Origin: Thermodesulfobacteriota bacterium
GTDB taxonomy: Bacteria; Desulfobacterota; Desulfobulbia; Desulfobulbales; SURF-16
Reading direction: 5' to 3'
NCBI GenBank assembly: GCA_039715015.1
Contig: JBDLIE010000005.1
Location: 5,575 to 69,574 of the forward strand
DNA: 64,000 nt
The position numbers were made by a program, and so were the translations under genes. Positions 1 to 7,899 of this stretch are shown here, piece after piece; position 1 is the stretch's first letter; each line of letters starts with the position of its first letter. The notes under the pieces are model-generated. The model was not told the DNA's origin, did no database searches, and saw only the letters and a list, made by a program, of their open reading frames with translations.

Positions 1-27
1 AATGGTGATTCGATTATGAGGATTATC

Positions 28-67
28 CACCTTCTTACTTCTCAACTACTTATTTCTCAAATTCTCC
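28..67. repeat. pyrimidine-rich repeat arm (ccaccttcttacttctcaactacttatttctcaaattctcc); partial copy of the ttctcaacttctcaaattc family, cut by the window edge
   Basis: Shares the words ttctcaac / tttctcaaattc with the right arms at 2190-2211 and 11738-11788. Lies directly upstream of the ACP start. Confidence 0.5.
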
Positions 68-82
68 ATATAGAGGCATCCC

Positions 83-334
83 ATGACGCGCGATGAAATA
101 AAAAATTTAATCCTGGATATCATTGCTGATATTGATGAAGACGCAGAATTCGATGGTTTGGACCCTGATAAACCTCTTCGCGATCAGCTTGACCTTGATT
201 CTATGGATTTTCTTGACATCGTTATGGAACTCCGCAAGCGTCATCAATTACAGATTCCTGAAGAGGATTATCCTGAGCTTGCCACTCTAAATAGCTGTGT
301 CAACTATCTCGAACCAAAGCTGAAAGACAAATAA
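83..334 (+). CDS. acyl carrier protein
   Basis: 83-aa ORF. DLDSMDFLDIVMEL fits the ACP phosphopantetheine-attachment Ser motif. It is the first gene of a co-directional lipid cluster. Confidence 0.85.
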   Translation: MTRDEIKNLILDIIADIDEDAEFDGLDPDKPLRDQLDLDSMDFLDIVMELRKRHQLQIPEEDYPELATLNSCVNYLEPKLKDK

Positions 335-338
335 GAAT

Positions 339-1715
339 TTGGCTGACTACCAGCTTGTCATAATCGGCGCAGGTCTTTCCGGCCTCGCCTCCGGCATACG
401 TGCTGCCCGTTTTGGTTTAAAGACCCTCATCCTTGAGCAGCATTCACTTCCCGGTGGATTAAACTCCTATTATTTCCGTAAAGGTTTCTTGCTTGAAACC
501 GGCCTCCATGCAATGACCAACTATGCAGAGGCTGGCGATAAACGTGCACCTTTAAATCGTCTCTTTCGGCAACTGAAGTTGTCGCGCAAGAAATTCGCTA
601 CCCACCAGCAATTCTCCTCCCTGATCCGCTTTCCGCATACATCTCTGCAGTTTTCAAACGACATTACTCTTCTGCAGGCTGAGATTGATGAGCATTTTCC
701 CCATTGTCGTGATTCCTTTCAGGATTTGCTGACCAATGTTGCTGATTACGACCCTTTTGCTCCGTCATCCTGGCGCTCTACCCGCCAATTTCTTAACAAT
801 CTGATACCTGACCCCTTGCTCATCGATATGCTTCTGCTGCCCCTTATGGTTTATGGCAATAGCGAGGAGCATGATATGGACCTTGGCCAGTTCGTCATTA
901 TGTTTCGCTCAATATTTCTTGAGGGATTCTTCCGGCCTGACGACACCATGAAGGAGTTCCTTGCTATGCTTGTTGAGCATTATAAGGGCTTTGGTGGAGA
1001 GCTGAGATACAAGGCTAAAGTCGAGTCTGTTGAACGAAAAGATGAAGAGGTGAAGGGGGTCCGGATCGCTGGGGGTGATTATGTCAGTTGTGATACCTTG
1101 CTTTCGACGGTGGGTGCACCTGGCACGGCAAAACTTGTTGACTGGCCTAAAGAGCCCGCAAACTATGAAGGGCGAATGAGTTTTGTAGAATCCATCTCGG
1201 TTTTACCTTCTGCGCAGCGGCGTGTTCTCAATGCCGACCACACCATCATTTTTTATAATAGTCAGCAGGAACTATCATATGCCAGACCGCAAAGAGCTTT
1301 GAGTCCGGACTGGGGTGTTATTTGTTTCCCTGAAAACTTCCATGACCTGCCTAAACAGGATTTTTTTCAGGTTCGGGTTACCAATGCAGCAAATTATGAT
1401 ATCTGGAAGCAGACAAATTCTGAAGAATATCAACAGTTGAAGGTAGATGCGGAGGCTCAGACCTTTGCAGTCGTATCTGAAATAATTGGGAATTATCAGA
1501 AGAATAGAGTATATCAGGATAGCTTTACACCGCTTACCATTGAACGTTTTACATCCAAAGCTCAAGGGGCTGTCTATGGAAGTCCCGTCAAAATTAAAGA
1601 CGGCTTAACTCCATACAGCAATCTCTTCGTCGCTGGTACTGACCAAGGCTTCTTGGGTATTGTTGGCGCAATGTTGAGCGGGGTAACCATCGTGAATCAG
1701 CAGGTCTTGAGGTAG
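339..1715 (+). CDS. FAD/NAD(P)-binding oxidoreductase, phytoene-desaturase (CrtI)-like
   Basis: N-terminal Rossmann motif VIIGAGLSGLASG...LEQ. Length about 458 aa, typical of the CrtI/amine-oxidase family. TTG start 5 nt after the ACP stop. Confidence 0.75.
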   Translation: MADYQLVIIGAGLSGLASGIRAARFGLKTLILEQHSLPGGLNSYYFRKGFLLETGLHAMTNYAEAGDKRAPLNRLFRQLKLSRKKFATHQQFSSLIRFPHTSLQFSNDITLLQAEIDEHFPHCRDSFQDLLTNVADYDPFAPSSWRSTRQFLNNLIPDPLLIDMLLLPLMVYGNSEEHDMDLGQFVIMFRSIFLEGFFRPDDTMKEFLAMLVEHYKGFGGELRYKAKVESVERKDEEVKGVRIAGGDYVSCDTLLSTVGAPGTAKLVDWPKEPANYEGRMSFVESISVLPSAQRRVLNADHTIIFYNSQQELSYARPQRALSPDWGVICFPENFHDLPKQDFFQVRVTNAANYDIWKQTNSEEYQQLKVDAEAQTFAVVSEIIGNYQKNRVYQDSFTPLTIERFTSKAQGAVYGSPVKIKDGLTPYSNLFVAGTDQGFLGIVGAMLSGVTIVNQQVLR

Positions 1716-1736
1716 AAGTTGAGAAATAAGAATTTG
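1715..1736. repeat. left arm of inverted repeat flanking the four-helix-bundle gene (gaagttgagaaataagaatttg)
   Basis: 21 of 22 nt are complementary to 2190-2211. The arm starts on the last base of the upstream stop codon. Confidence 0.85.
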
Positions 1737-1787
1737 TGAAATAAGAACAACAGCTTCTTAATTTACTTCGTCAGCAAGGCAAGTTAA

Positions 1788-2145
1788 ATGGCAGCAGCTA
1801 AAAGTTTTCAGGATTTGGTGGTTTGGCAGAAGGCGCACACCTTTGTCTTACGAGTATATCAAGTAACTACTGAATTTCCTGCAGATGAACGCTTTGGATT
1901 GACTTCACAGTTTCGCCGGGCCGCAGTTTCCATACCTGCCAATATTGCCGAAGGTTTCCGTAAGAGCGGTAAAGCGGATAAGCTTAGATTCTACAACATC
2001 TCCCAAGGCTCCCCTTGAGGAATGTCGATATTATGTTCTTCTAGTAAGTGACTTAGGATTCGCCGAAGTTCCCGAACTTGAGGTCTTGTTAGAGGAGGTG
2101 AGTAAATTGCTAAATGCTTACAACCGATCCATACGGACATCATAA
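1788..2145 (+). pseudogene. four-helix-bundle protein (23S rRNA intervening-sequence protein family), frameshifted
   Basis: Two overlapping ORFs (1788-2018 and 1945-2145). Together they read FQDLVVWQKAH...RFGLTSQFRRAAVSIPANIAEGF...KLRFYNISQGS / LEECRYYVLLVSDLGF...LLNAYNRSI, which is colinear with the family. The frames join if one C is removed from the C4 run at 2011-2014. Confidence 0.8.
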
Positions 2146-2189
2146 ATTTTAAAAAAGATGCTCCACTACTTTTTTTACTACCTATTTGA

Positions 2190-2211
2190 CAAATTCTTAC
2201 TTCTCAACTTC
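2190..2211. repeat. right arm of inverted repeat flanking the four-helix-bundle gene (caaattcttacttctcaacttc)
   Basis: Reverse complement of 1715-1736 with one mismatch. Ends 10 nt before ATG 2222. Confidence 0.85.
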
Positions 2212-2221
2212 TCAGAAAACA

Positions 2222-3631
2222 ATGCCTTTCACTCCTCTTAACGAAACAAAAGATAAGTATGATGTCATCGTCATCGGCTCCGGTCTCGGTGGTCTTACCT
2301 GCGCCAACCGTCTAGCAAGTGTTGGTCACTCGGTTCTTCTTCTCGAGCATCATTTTAAGCTCGGTGGTCTTGCCACCTGGTTCAAACGTAAATCCCATGT
2401 TTTTGACGTGTCCCTCCATGGATTTCCTTATGGGATGGTCAAGACTTGCAAAAAGTATTGGACAAAAGAAATTCGTGATTCCATTGTCCAACTTAAGGAT
2501 ATCGTTTTCGATAATCCGCAGTTTTCCTTGAAAACAACCTTTGACAAGACAAATTTTAGCGATCTGTTAGTTAAGAAATTTAAAATTGCCAGAGGTGTGG
2601 TGGATAATTTCTTTGAGACCGTCAATAAGATGAATTTCTACGACGATCTCTCCATGACAACCAGAGAGCTCTTTGAGAAGTTTTTTCCCGGCCGGACAGA
2701 TGTCCATCGTTTTCTCATGGAGCCCATCACCTATGCCAACGGCTCAACATTTGACGAGCCAGCCATTACCTACGGCATTGTCTTTTCAAACTTCATGAAT
2801 AAGGGCGTCTTTACCTTTAAAGGCGGCACAGACAAGCTCATTGGCCTGATGGGCGAAGAGCTGCAGCGTAACGGCGTTACTATCTGCACCAAGGCCAAGG
2901 TGGATAAGGTCGTTGTTGAAAATGGAAAGGTCACAGGGGTTGCTGTGGGTGGCCGAATTATTAATTCCCCGTGTGTTGTCTCAAACAGCGGAATAACTAA
3001 TACCATTTATAATCTTGCCGGCCGTGAGGCCTTTTCCGAAGATTTTTTAAACCAGATTGACACGGTCAAGGTCAATAACTCCAGCTGTCAGGTTTACTTT
3101 GGTCTGAAGCCCGGCGAATCATTCCCTGCTGTTGGTGACCTTCTCTTTACCTCAACCTCTGAAGAGTTTTCCTCCCAAGAGATGCTGAAGGCGGACACCA
3201 AGAGCCGCACTTTCTCTGTCTATTATCCGAAAACAAGACCGGATGGCAAAGAGGATTATACCGTTGTGGCCTCCATGAACGCCGATTACGATGACTGGGC
3301 GAACATGACTGACGCGCAATACAAGAAGGCCAAGGAGGATATGATAGAGCGTTGTTTTGATGATCTTGAGCGCTATATCCCCGGCATTCGCAATAAGTGT
3401 GACTGGGTAGAGGCCGCTACCCCCATGACTTTTAACCGTTATACCTTGCATACCAAGGGCACTTCCTTTGGCACCAAATTCGAGGGCCTTGATGTTTCTC
3501 GTAATCTTTTCAAGGTATTACCTGGCCTTTTCCACGTTGGCTCTGTGGGTATCATTATGAGCGGCTGGCTCGGTGCCATCAACTACGGCGTCATTGTCGC
3601 CAACGATGCAGATGCCTATCTGCGTAGTTAG
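2222..3631 (+). CDS. FAD/NAD(P)-binding oxidoreductase, phytoene-desaturase (CrtI)-like, second paralogue
   Basis: [16 protein letters not shown]...LLEHH Rossmann motif. The ORF track opens at TTG 2186, but that stretch is the inverted-repeat arm, so ATG 2222 (MPFTPLNE) is preferred. Confidence 0.75.
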   Translation: MPFTPLNETKDKYDVIVIGSGLGGLTCANRLASVGHSVLLLEHHFKLGGLATWFKRKSHVFDVSLHGFPYGMVKTCKKYWTKEIRDSIVQLKDIVFDNPQFSLKTTFDKTNFSDLLVKKFKIARGVVDNFFETVNKMNFYDDLSMTTRELFEKFFPGRTDVHRFLMEPITYANGSTFDEPAITYGIVFSNFMNKGVFTFKGGTDKLIGLMGEELQRNGVTICTKAKVDKVVVENGKVTGVAVGGRIINSPCVVSNSGITNTIYNLAGREAFSEDFLNQIDTVKVNNSSCQVYFGLKPGESFPAVGDLLFTSTSEEFSSQEMLKADTKSRTFSVYYPKTRPDGKEDYTVVASMNADYDDWANMTDAQYKKAKEDMIERCFDDLERYIPGIRNKCDWVEAATPMTFNRYTLHTKGTSFGTKFEGLDVSRNLFKVLPGLFHVGSVGIIMSGWLGAINYGVIVANDADAYLRS

Positions 3632-3657
3632 CAGCTTCCAATTTTATCATAGAAATT

Positions 3658-4398
3658 ATGTCAGATTTTAATGACCAGAAAATAGTCGTAACCGGCGCAA
3701 CACGGGGAATCGGTGCCGCCATCTCCTTGGCGTTTCTTAGCCAGGGGGCTACTGTTATTGGCCTTTATGGCGGTAATGATTCGGCAGCTGAGGCCTTTCG
3801 TGGCCAATGTGGTGATAATGCCCAGCGTCTCCATCTCTTTAAATGCGATGTCAGTGATTACGCTGCTGTTGAGGCCTTCTATACCGATATTGAATCGCGG
3901 TTTGACACCATTGATGTCTTGGTCAATAATGCCGGGATACGCCGTGATGCCGTTCTTGCCATGATGAAGGAGGAAGATTGGCGCCAGGTTATTGATATTA
4001 ACCTTACTGGCGGCTACAACATGAGTAAATTCGCTGTCCAACTCATGATGAAGCAGAAGTATGGCCGTATAATTTTCATCACCTCACCCATGGCCCATTT
4101 GGGTTTTGTTGGCCAGGCCAACTATGCTGCATCCAAGGCCGGCCAGATTGGTATGATGAAGTCTCTTTGCAAAGAAACGGCAAAGCGTAAAATTACGGTT
4201 AACTGTGTGTCGCCAGGCTTTATCGCCACCGAGCTTCTTGATGATCTAGAGAAGGAACAGGTAAAGGCCTATAAGAAAATGGTGCCGGCGCGGCGTTTTG
4301 GTAAACCAGAAGAGGTTGCTGATTCTGTTCTTTTCCTTGCCGGACGCAATGCTGCATATATCAATGGCGCTGTCCTGGAAATTACCGGCGGTCTGTAA
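3658..4398 (+). CDS. fabG: 3-oxoacyl-ACP reductase (SDR), FabG-like
   Basis: TGATRGIGAAIS cofactor motif, NNAG, and the YAASKAG catalytic Y-x3-K. 246 aa. Confidence 0.85.
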   Translation: MSDFNDQKIVVTGATRGIGAAISLAFLSQGATVIGLYGGNDSAAEAFRGQCGDNAQRLHLFKCDVSDYAAVEAFYTDIESRFDTIDVLVNNAGIRRDAVLAMMKEEDWRQVIDINLTGGYNMSKFAVQLMMKQKYGRIIFITSPMAHLGFVGQANYAASKAGQIGMMKSLCKETAKRKITVNCVSPGFIATELLDDLEKEQVKAYKKMVPARRFGKPEEVADSVLFLAGRNAAYINGAVLEITGGL

Positions 4399-4442
4399 AA
4401 TACCGATACAGAACGCAGAATTCTGAATTCAGAAATGCCTTT

Positions 4443-4895
4443 GTGAAAAAAATGGATATACAAGACTCTGAATTCATTACATCACGTATTCCCCACAGGC
4501 CTCCTTTTCTTTGGCTTGATTCTATTATTTCTCTCACCAATGATGAGATTGTAGCTGAAAAAGAGATTGCTGCTGATCTTGATGTCTTTAATGGCCATTA
4601 CCCGGATTATCCCATAATGCCAGGGGTCCTTCTTTGTGAGGCTGTTTTCCAGGCAGGTGCTCTGCTCATATCTGAAAGTCTCAATAAAAATGAGGTTGAG
4701 GCTCCAGAAGGTGTTCCTGTCCTTACCCGGATTCTCGGGGCTAAATTTAAACGTGAAGTGGTGCCGGGCGATACCATTACCCTGACCGCTGCTCTTGCTG
4801 AAAAAGTAGGGCCAGCCTGGTTTATGAAGGGGTCGGTAAAGGTGGCTGGTAAGGTGGCCGTCAAGGTTGAGTTTGCCTGCACCTTAAAAAGCTAG
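4443..4895 (+). CDS. fabZ: 3-hydroxyacyl-ACP dehydratase, FabZ/FabA hot-dog fold
   Basis: IPHRPPFLWLD...FNGHYPDYPIMPGVLLCEAVFQAG is colinear with the E. coli FabZ active-site region. Confidence 0.8.
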   Translation: MKKMDIQDSEFITSRIPHRPPFLWLDSIISLTNDEIVAEKEIAADLDVFNGHYPDYPIMPGVLLCEAVFQAGALLISESLNKNEVEAPEGVPVLTRILGAKFKREVVPGDTITLTAALAEKVGPAWFMKGSVKVAGKVAVKVEFACTLKS

Positions 4896-4930
4896 AAGGT
4901 AAAGGAGGTACAGAAGGTAAAGGAGGTACA
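4895..4930. repeat. perfect 18-bp tandem direct repeat x2 (gaaggtaaaggaggtaca)
   Basis: Read directly. Each unit carries an aaggagg Shine-Dalgarno-like core. It is followed by a pyrimidine-rich tract at 4963-5010. Confidence 0.9.
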
Positions 4931-5012
4931 GAAGAGATGAGTGATTAAAGAAACTTTTTTTGCCTCTTTACATTCATCTAACTTTTCTAACTTCTTTAAC
5001 TTCTCATCTGAA

Positions 5013-5813
5013 ATGAGTTTTCTTGGACTGCATGGTAAAAAAATAATTGTCTTTGGCTTGGCAAACAAGAAGTCTGTTGCCTGTGCTATAGGTAAGGTAC
5101 TTGTGGAAGAGGGCGCGGAGCTGGTCCATGTAGTTCGCAGCGAGGAGCGGGCCCAGACTGCTCGGAAGCTTTTTCCCAAAAGTCCTGTTTTTATCTGTGA
5201 CGTTGAGGATGAGGAAAACATTGTCCGGCTCCGTGATGAGATTAAAGGCAAAATCGATGCCCCTATAGATGGCATCGTTCATTCCATTGCCTTTGCCAAC
5301 TACTCTGAGGGGATGAAGCCTTTTCATGCCACCTTGAAAAAGGATTTTCTTCAAGCCGTGGATATATCCTGCTTTTCCTTTATTTCCATTGCTAATCATT
5401 TCAAGGACATGCTTGCTCCTCATGGTTCCATGGTGACCATTTCCATTTCAGCAACCCGGATGGCAGCTGAGAATTATGGCTATATGGCCCCGGTAAAGGC
5501 CGCCCTTGAATCCTCGCTTTGTTTTCTCACTAAGAGTTTTTCAGCCTTTTCCGAGGTTCGTTTTAACGCAGTTTGCCCCAGTCTGTTAAAAACGTCGGCT
5601 TCAGCAGGAATTCCGGGCTATATTGACAGCTATCTCTTTGCCGAAAAAGTCATCCCCCGTAAAAAGGCCCTCAAGACTCAAGAGGCTGCCGATGTTGCCG
5701 CCTTTTTACTTTCTGAACGTTCCTCCGGCATGACCGGTCAGTGCCTGGTGGTCGATGCTGGTATGTCCCTTAATTATTTCGATGCCGCGGTGGTGGAAAA
5801 GGTCGTAAGTTAA
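5013..5813 (+). CDS. fabI: enoyl-ACP reductase, FabI-like
   Basis: [21 protein letters not shown] resembles E. coli Fab[34 protein letters not shown] supplies the catalytic Tyr and Lys. ATG 5013 is preferred over GTG 4941, which lies in the repeat region. Confidence 0.8.
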   Translation: MSFLGLHGKKIIVFGLANKKSVACAIGKVLVEEGAELVHVVRSEERAQTARKLFPKSPVFICDVEDEENIVRLRDEIKGKIDAPIDGIVHSIAFANYSEGMKPFHATLKKDFLQAVDISCFSFISIANHFKDMLAPHGSMVTISISATRMAAENYGYMAPVKAALESSLCFLTKSFSAFSEVRFNAVCPSLLKTSASAGIPGYIDSYLFAEKVIPRKKALKTQEAADVAAFLLSERSSGMTGQCLVVDAGMSLNYFDAAVVEKVVS

Positions 5814-5933
5814 TGTTTGCCACGGAACCCACGAAATTGTCCGAAGAAGTTAAAGAATATAAAGGAGGTAAAGAATGTAGAGGAAGAAGATGAGAATTGT
5901 TAGGAGTAGGGGGCAAGGTGCTTGTTTTTCCTT

Positions 5934-5978
5934 TACCTTCTCTACCTTCTCTACCTTCTCTATCTTCTCTATCTTCTG
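5934..5978. repeat. 9-bp tandem repeat x5 (taccttctc x3, then tatcttctc, tatcttctg)
   Basis: Read directly. It is a pure-pyrimidine-rich tract facing a purine-rich tract at about 5842-5895. It ends 9 nt before the oleA ATG. Confidence 0.9.
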
Positions 5979-5986
5979 TTTTCTTC

Positions 5987-7021
5987 ATGAAATATTCCCG
6001 CGTTTGTCTCCATAATCCTGGCTATGCCCTGCCGCCCAATGAGGTCTCTTCGTCTGCAATTGAGGCTCGCCTTGCCCCTGTTTACCAGCGTCTTAAATTA
6101 CCTGAAGGCCGTCTTGAGTTGATGAGTGGCATTAAAGCTCGCCGTTTCTGGAACAAAGGAACACGGCCCAGCGATGGTGCTGCCCTGGCCGGCAAAGATG
6201 CCATAGCAAAGGCCGGAGTTAAGCCTGATGAACTTGAGTGTTTAATATTTACCTCTGTCTGCCGGGACATGATGGAGCCTGCTACTGCCGCCTTTGTTCA
6301 TCGTCAGCTTGACCTGCCTGAAAGATGCCAGATCTTTGATCTCTCCAATGCCTGTCTTGGCTTTTTAAACGGCATGATAATGCTGGCCAATATGATTGAG
6401 CTTGGCCAGATAAAGAAGGGGATTGTTGTTGCCGGAGAAACAGCCGAGGACTTGGTGGAATCAACCATTAATCATCTCCTTCAAGACAACAGTCTGACCC
6501 GCAAATCCATCAAGCCCGCCTTTGCCTCCTTTACCATTGGTTCCGGTGCCGTAGCCCTGGTGATGCAGGATAAACAATGTGCTGACACCGGCCACTATCT
6601 GGTTGGTGGTGCCTGCCGGGCCAATACAACCCATAATGATCTTTGCCAGGGCGGCCAGGCCGGTACCGAAGGCGTGCTCATGGCCACTGATTCTGAGCAA
6701 CTTCTCCAAGAGGGCGTCGACACCGCTGCCCTTTGCTGGCAGGACTTTCTGCCAGAGCTTAATTGGCAAAAAGATGATATAGATCGTTTTTTCTGCCATC
6801 AGGTGGGCAGGGCCCATGCCCAGCTCCTTTTTGAGACCCTGGATCTTGACCCTGCCAAAAATTTTGAAACATTGCCTGTGCTGGGCAATGTCGGTTCTGT
6901 CTCGGCACCTATTACCATGGCCATGGGTATAGAGCAGGAGGTCCTCAGGAACGGGGACAGGGCCGCCCTGTTGGGTATTGGCAGCGGCATCAACTCCCTT
7001 ATGCTTGGCATTGACTGGTAA
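5987..7021 (+). CDS. oleA: OleA, thiolase-fold (FabH-like) acyl-CoA head-to-head Claisen condensing enzyme
   Basis: Colinear with my recollection of Xanthomonas OleA, not an alignment: GIKARRFW, TSVCRDMMEPATAA, FDLSNACLGFLNGM, VVAGE, HQVGRAH, LGNVGSVSAPI, GDRAALLGIGSGIN..W. Followed by oleBCD in canonical order. Confidence 0.85.
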   Translation: MKYSRVCLHNPGYALPPNEVSSSAIEARLAPVYQRLKLPEGRLELMSGIKARRFWNKGTRPSDGAALAGKDAIAKAGVKPDELECLIFTSVCRDMMEPATAAFVHRQLDLPERCQIFDLSNACLGFLNGMIMLANMIELGQIKKGIVVAGETAEDLVESTINHLLQDNSLTRKSIKPAFASFTIGSGAVALVMQDKQCADTGHYLVGGACRANTTHNDLCQGGQAGTEGVLMATDSEQLLQEGVDTAALCWQDFLPELNWQKDDIDRFFCHQVGRAHAQLLFETLDLDPAKNFETLPVLGNVGSVSAPITMAMGIEQEVLRNGDRAALLGIGSGINSLMLGIDW

Positions 7022-7899
7022 TGGAGAATCTAGCTCAGTATCCCTTTTCCCCGAAGACCATCACCATTAATGGCAACCGTCTTTCCTACCTTGATGAGGG
7101 GCAGGGGCCTGTTTTGGTCATGCTGCACGGCAACCCTTCCTGGTCCTATCTCTACCGGAACCTGGTCAGTCATCTCCGTGATCGTTTTCGGATCATTGTC
7201 CCTGATCACATGGGGTGCGGTTTTTCTGATAAGCCCCAGGATTACGCCTATACCTTACGAACCCATATTGATAATCTCACTACGCTGCTAGATCATCTTG
7301 ATGTAGAGCAATGTAGCTTGGTAGTCCATGATTGGGGCGGAGCCATAGGCATGGGTTGGGCCGTTGATCATCCGGAGAAGGTTGATAAGATTTGTGTCTT
7401 GAACACCGCCGCCTTTTTGTCCAAGCGCATTCCCCTGCGTATCAATATCTGCCGTATCCCTGTTGTCGGGAAGATGATTGTGCAAGGCTGTAATGGTTTT
7501 GCCTGGCCGGCGACCTTTATGGCGGTGACAAAAAAAATGACTAAAGAGGTGGCTCAGGGATTTTTATACCCTTATGATTCCTGGGCCCATCGAATAGCCA
7601 CCCATCGTTTTGTTCTGGATATACCTTTGCAAAAAAAGCACCCATCCTGGCCAGATCTGGCCCATATTGATAAAAGTCTGGCTAAGCTTAAGGGCAAACC
7701 CATGCTCCTGTGCTGGGGCGGCAAGGATTTTTGTTTTAATGACCATTTTTACAAGGAGTGGCAGCACCGTTTCCCTGCTGCCCAATGCCATTATTTCCCT
7801 GCTGCCGGTCATTATATTCTTGAAGACGCCTTTGATGAAGTGGCTCCCTTGATTGACAAATTCTTTTCCAATTCAAAGAGTAGTGCTGATGAATTTTAA
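7021..7899 (+). CDS. oleB: OleB, alpha/beta-hydrolase (haloalkane-dehalogenase-like) beta-lactone decarboxylase
   Basis: MLHGNPSWSYLYR and VVHDWGG nucleophile-elbow region. The TAATG overlap with oleA suggests translational coupling. Confidence 0.8.
   Translation: MENLAQYPFSPKTITINGNRLSYLDEGQGPVLVMLHGNPSWSYLYRNLVSHLRDRFRIIVPDHMGCGFSDKPQDYAYTLRTHIDNLTTLLDHLDVEQCSLVVHDWGGAIGMGWAVDHPEKVDKICVLNTAAFLSKRIPLRINICRIPVVGKMIVQGCNGFAWPATFMAVTKKMTKEVAQGFLYPYDSWAHRIATHRFVLDIPLQKKHPSWPDLAHIDKSLAKLKGKPMLLCWGGKDFCFNDHFYKEWQHRFPAAQCHYFPAAGHYILEDAFDEVAPLIDKFFSNSKSSADEF

Noticed and set aside
2186-2221. TTG start at 2186 for the second CrtI-like gene
   Set aside because: The extra 12 codons coincide with the inverted-repeat arm 2190-2211. 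ATG 2222 directly precedes the Rossmann-fold N-terminus.
5897-5986. N-terminal extension of OleA reading ...PLPSLPSLPSLSSLSS... in the ORF track
   Set aside because: This stretch is the 9-bp tandem pyrimidine repeat, which keeps the frame open by chance. OleA homology as I recall it begins at MKYSRV (ATG 5987).
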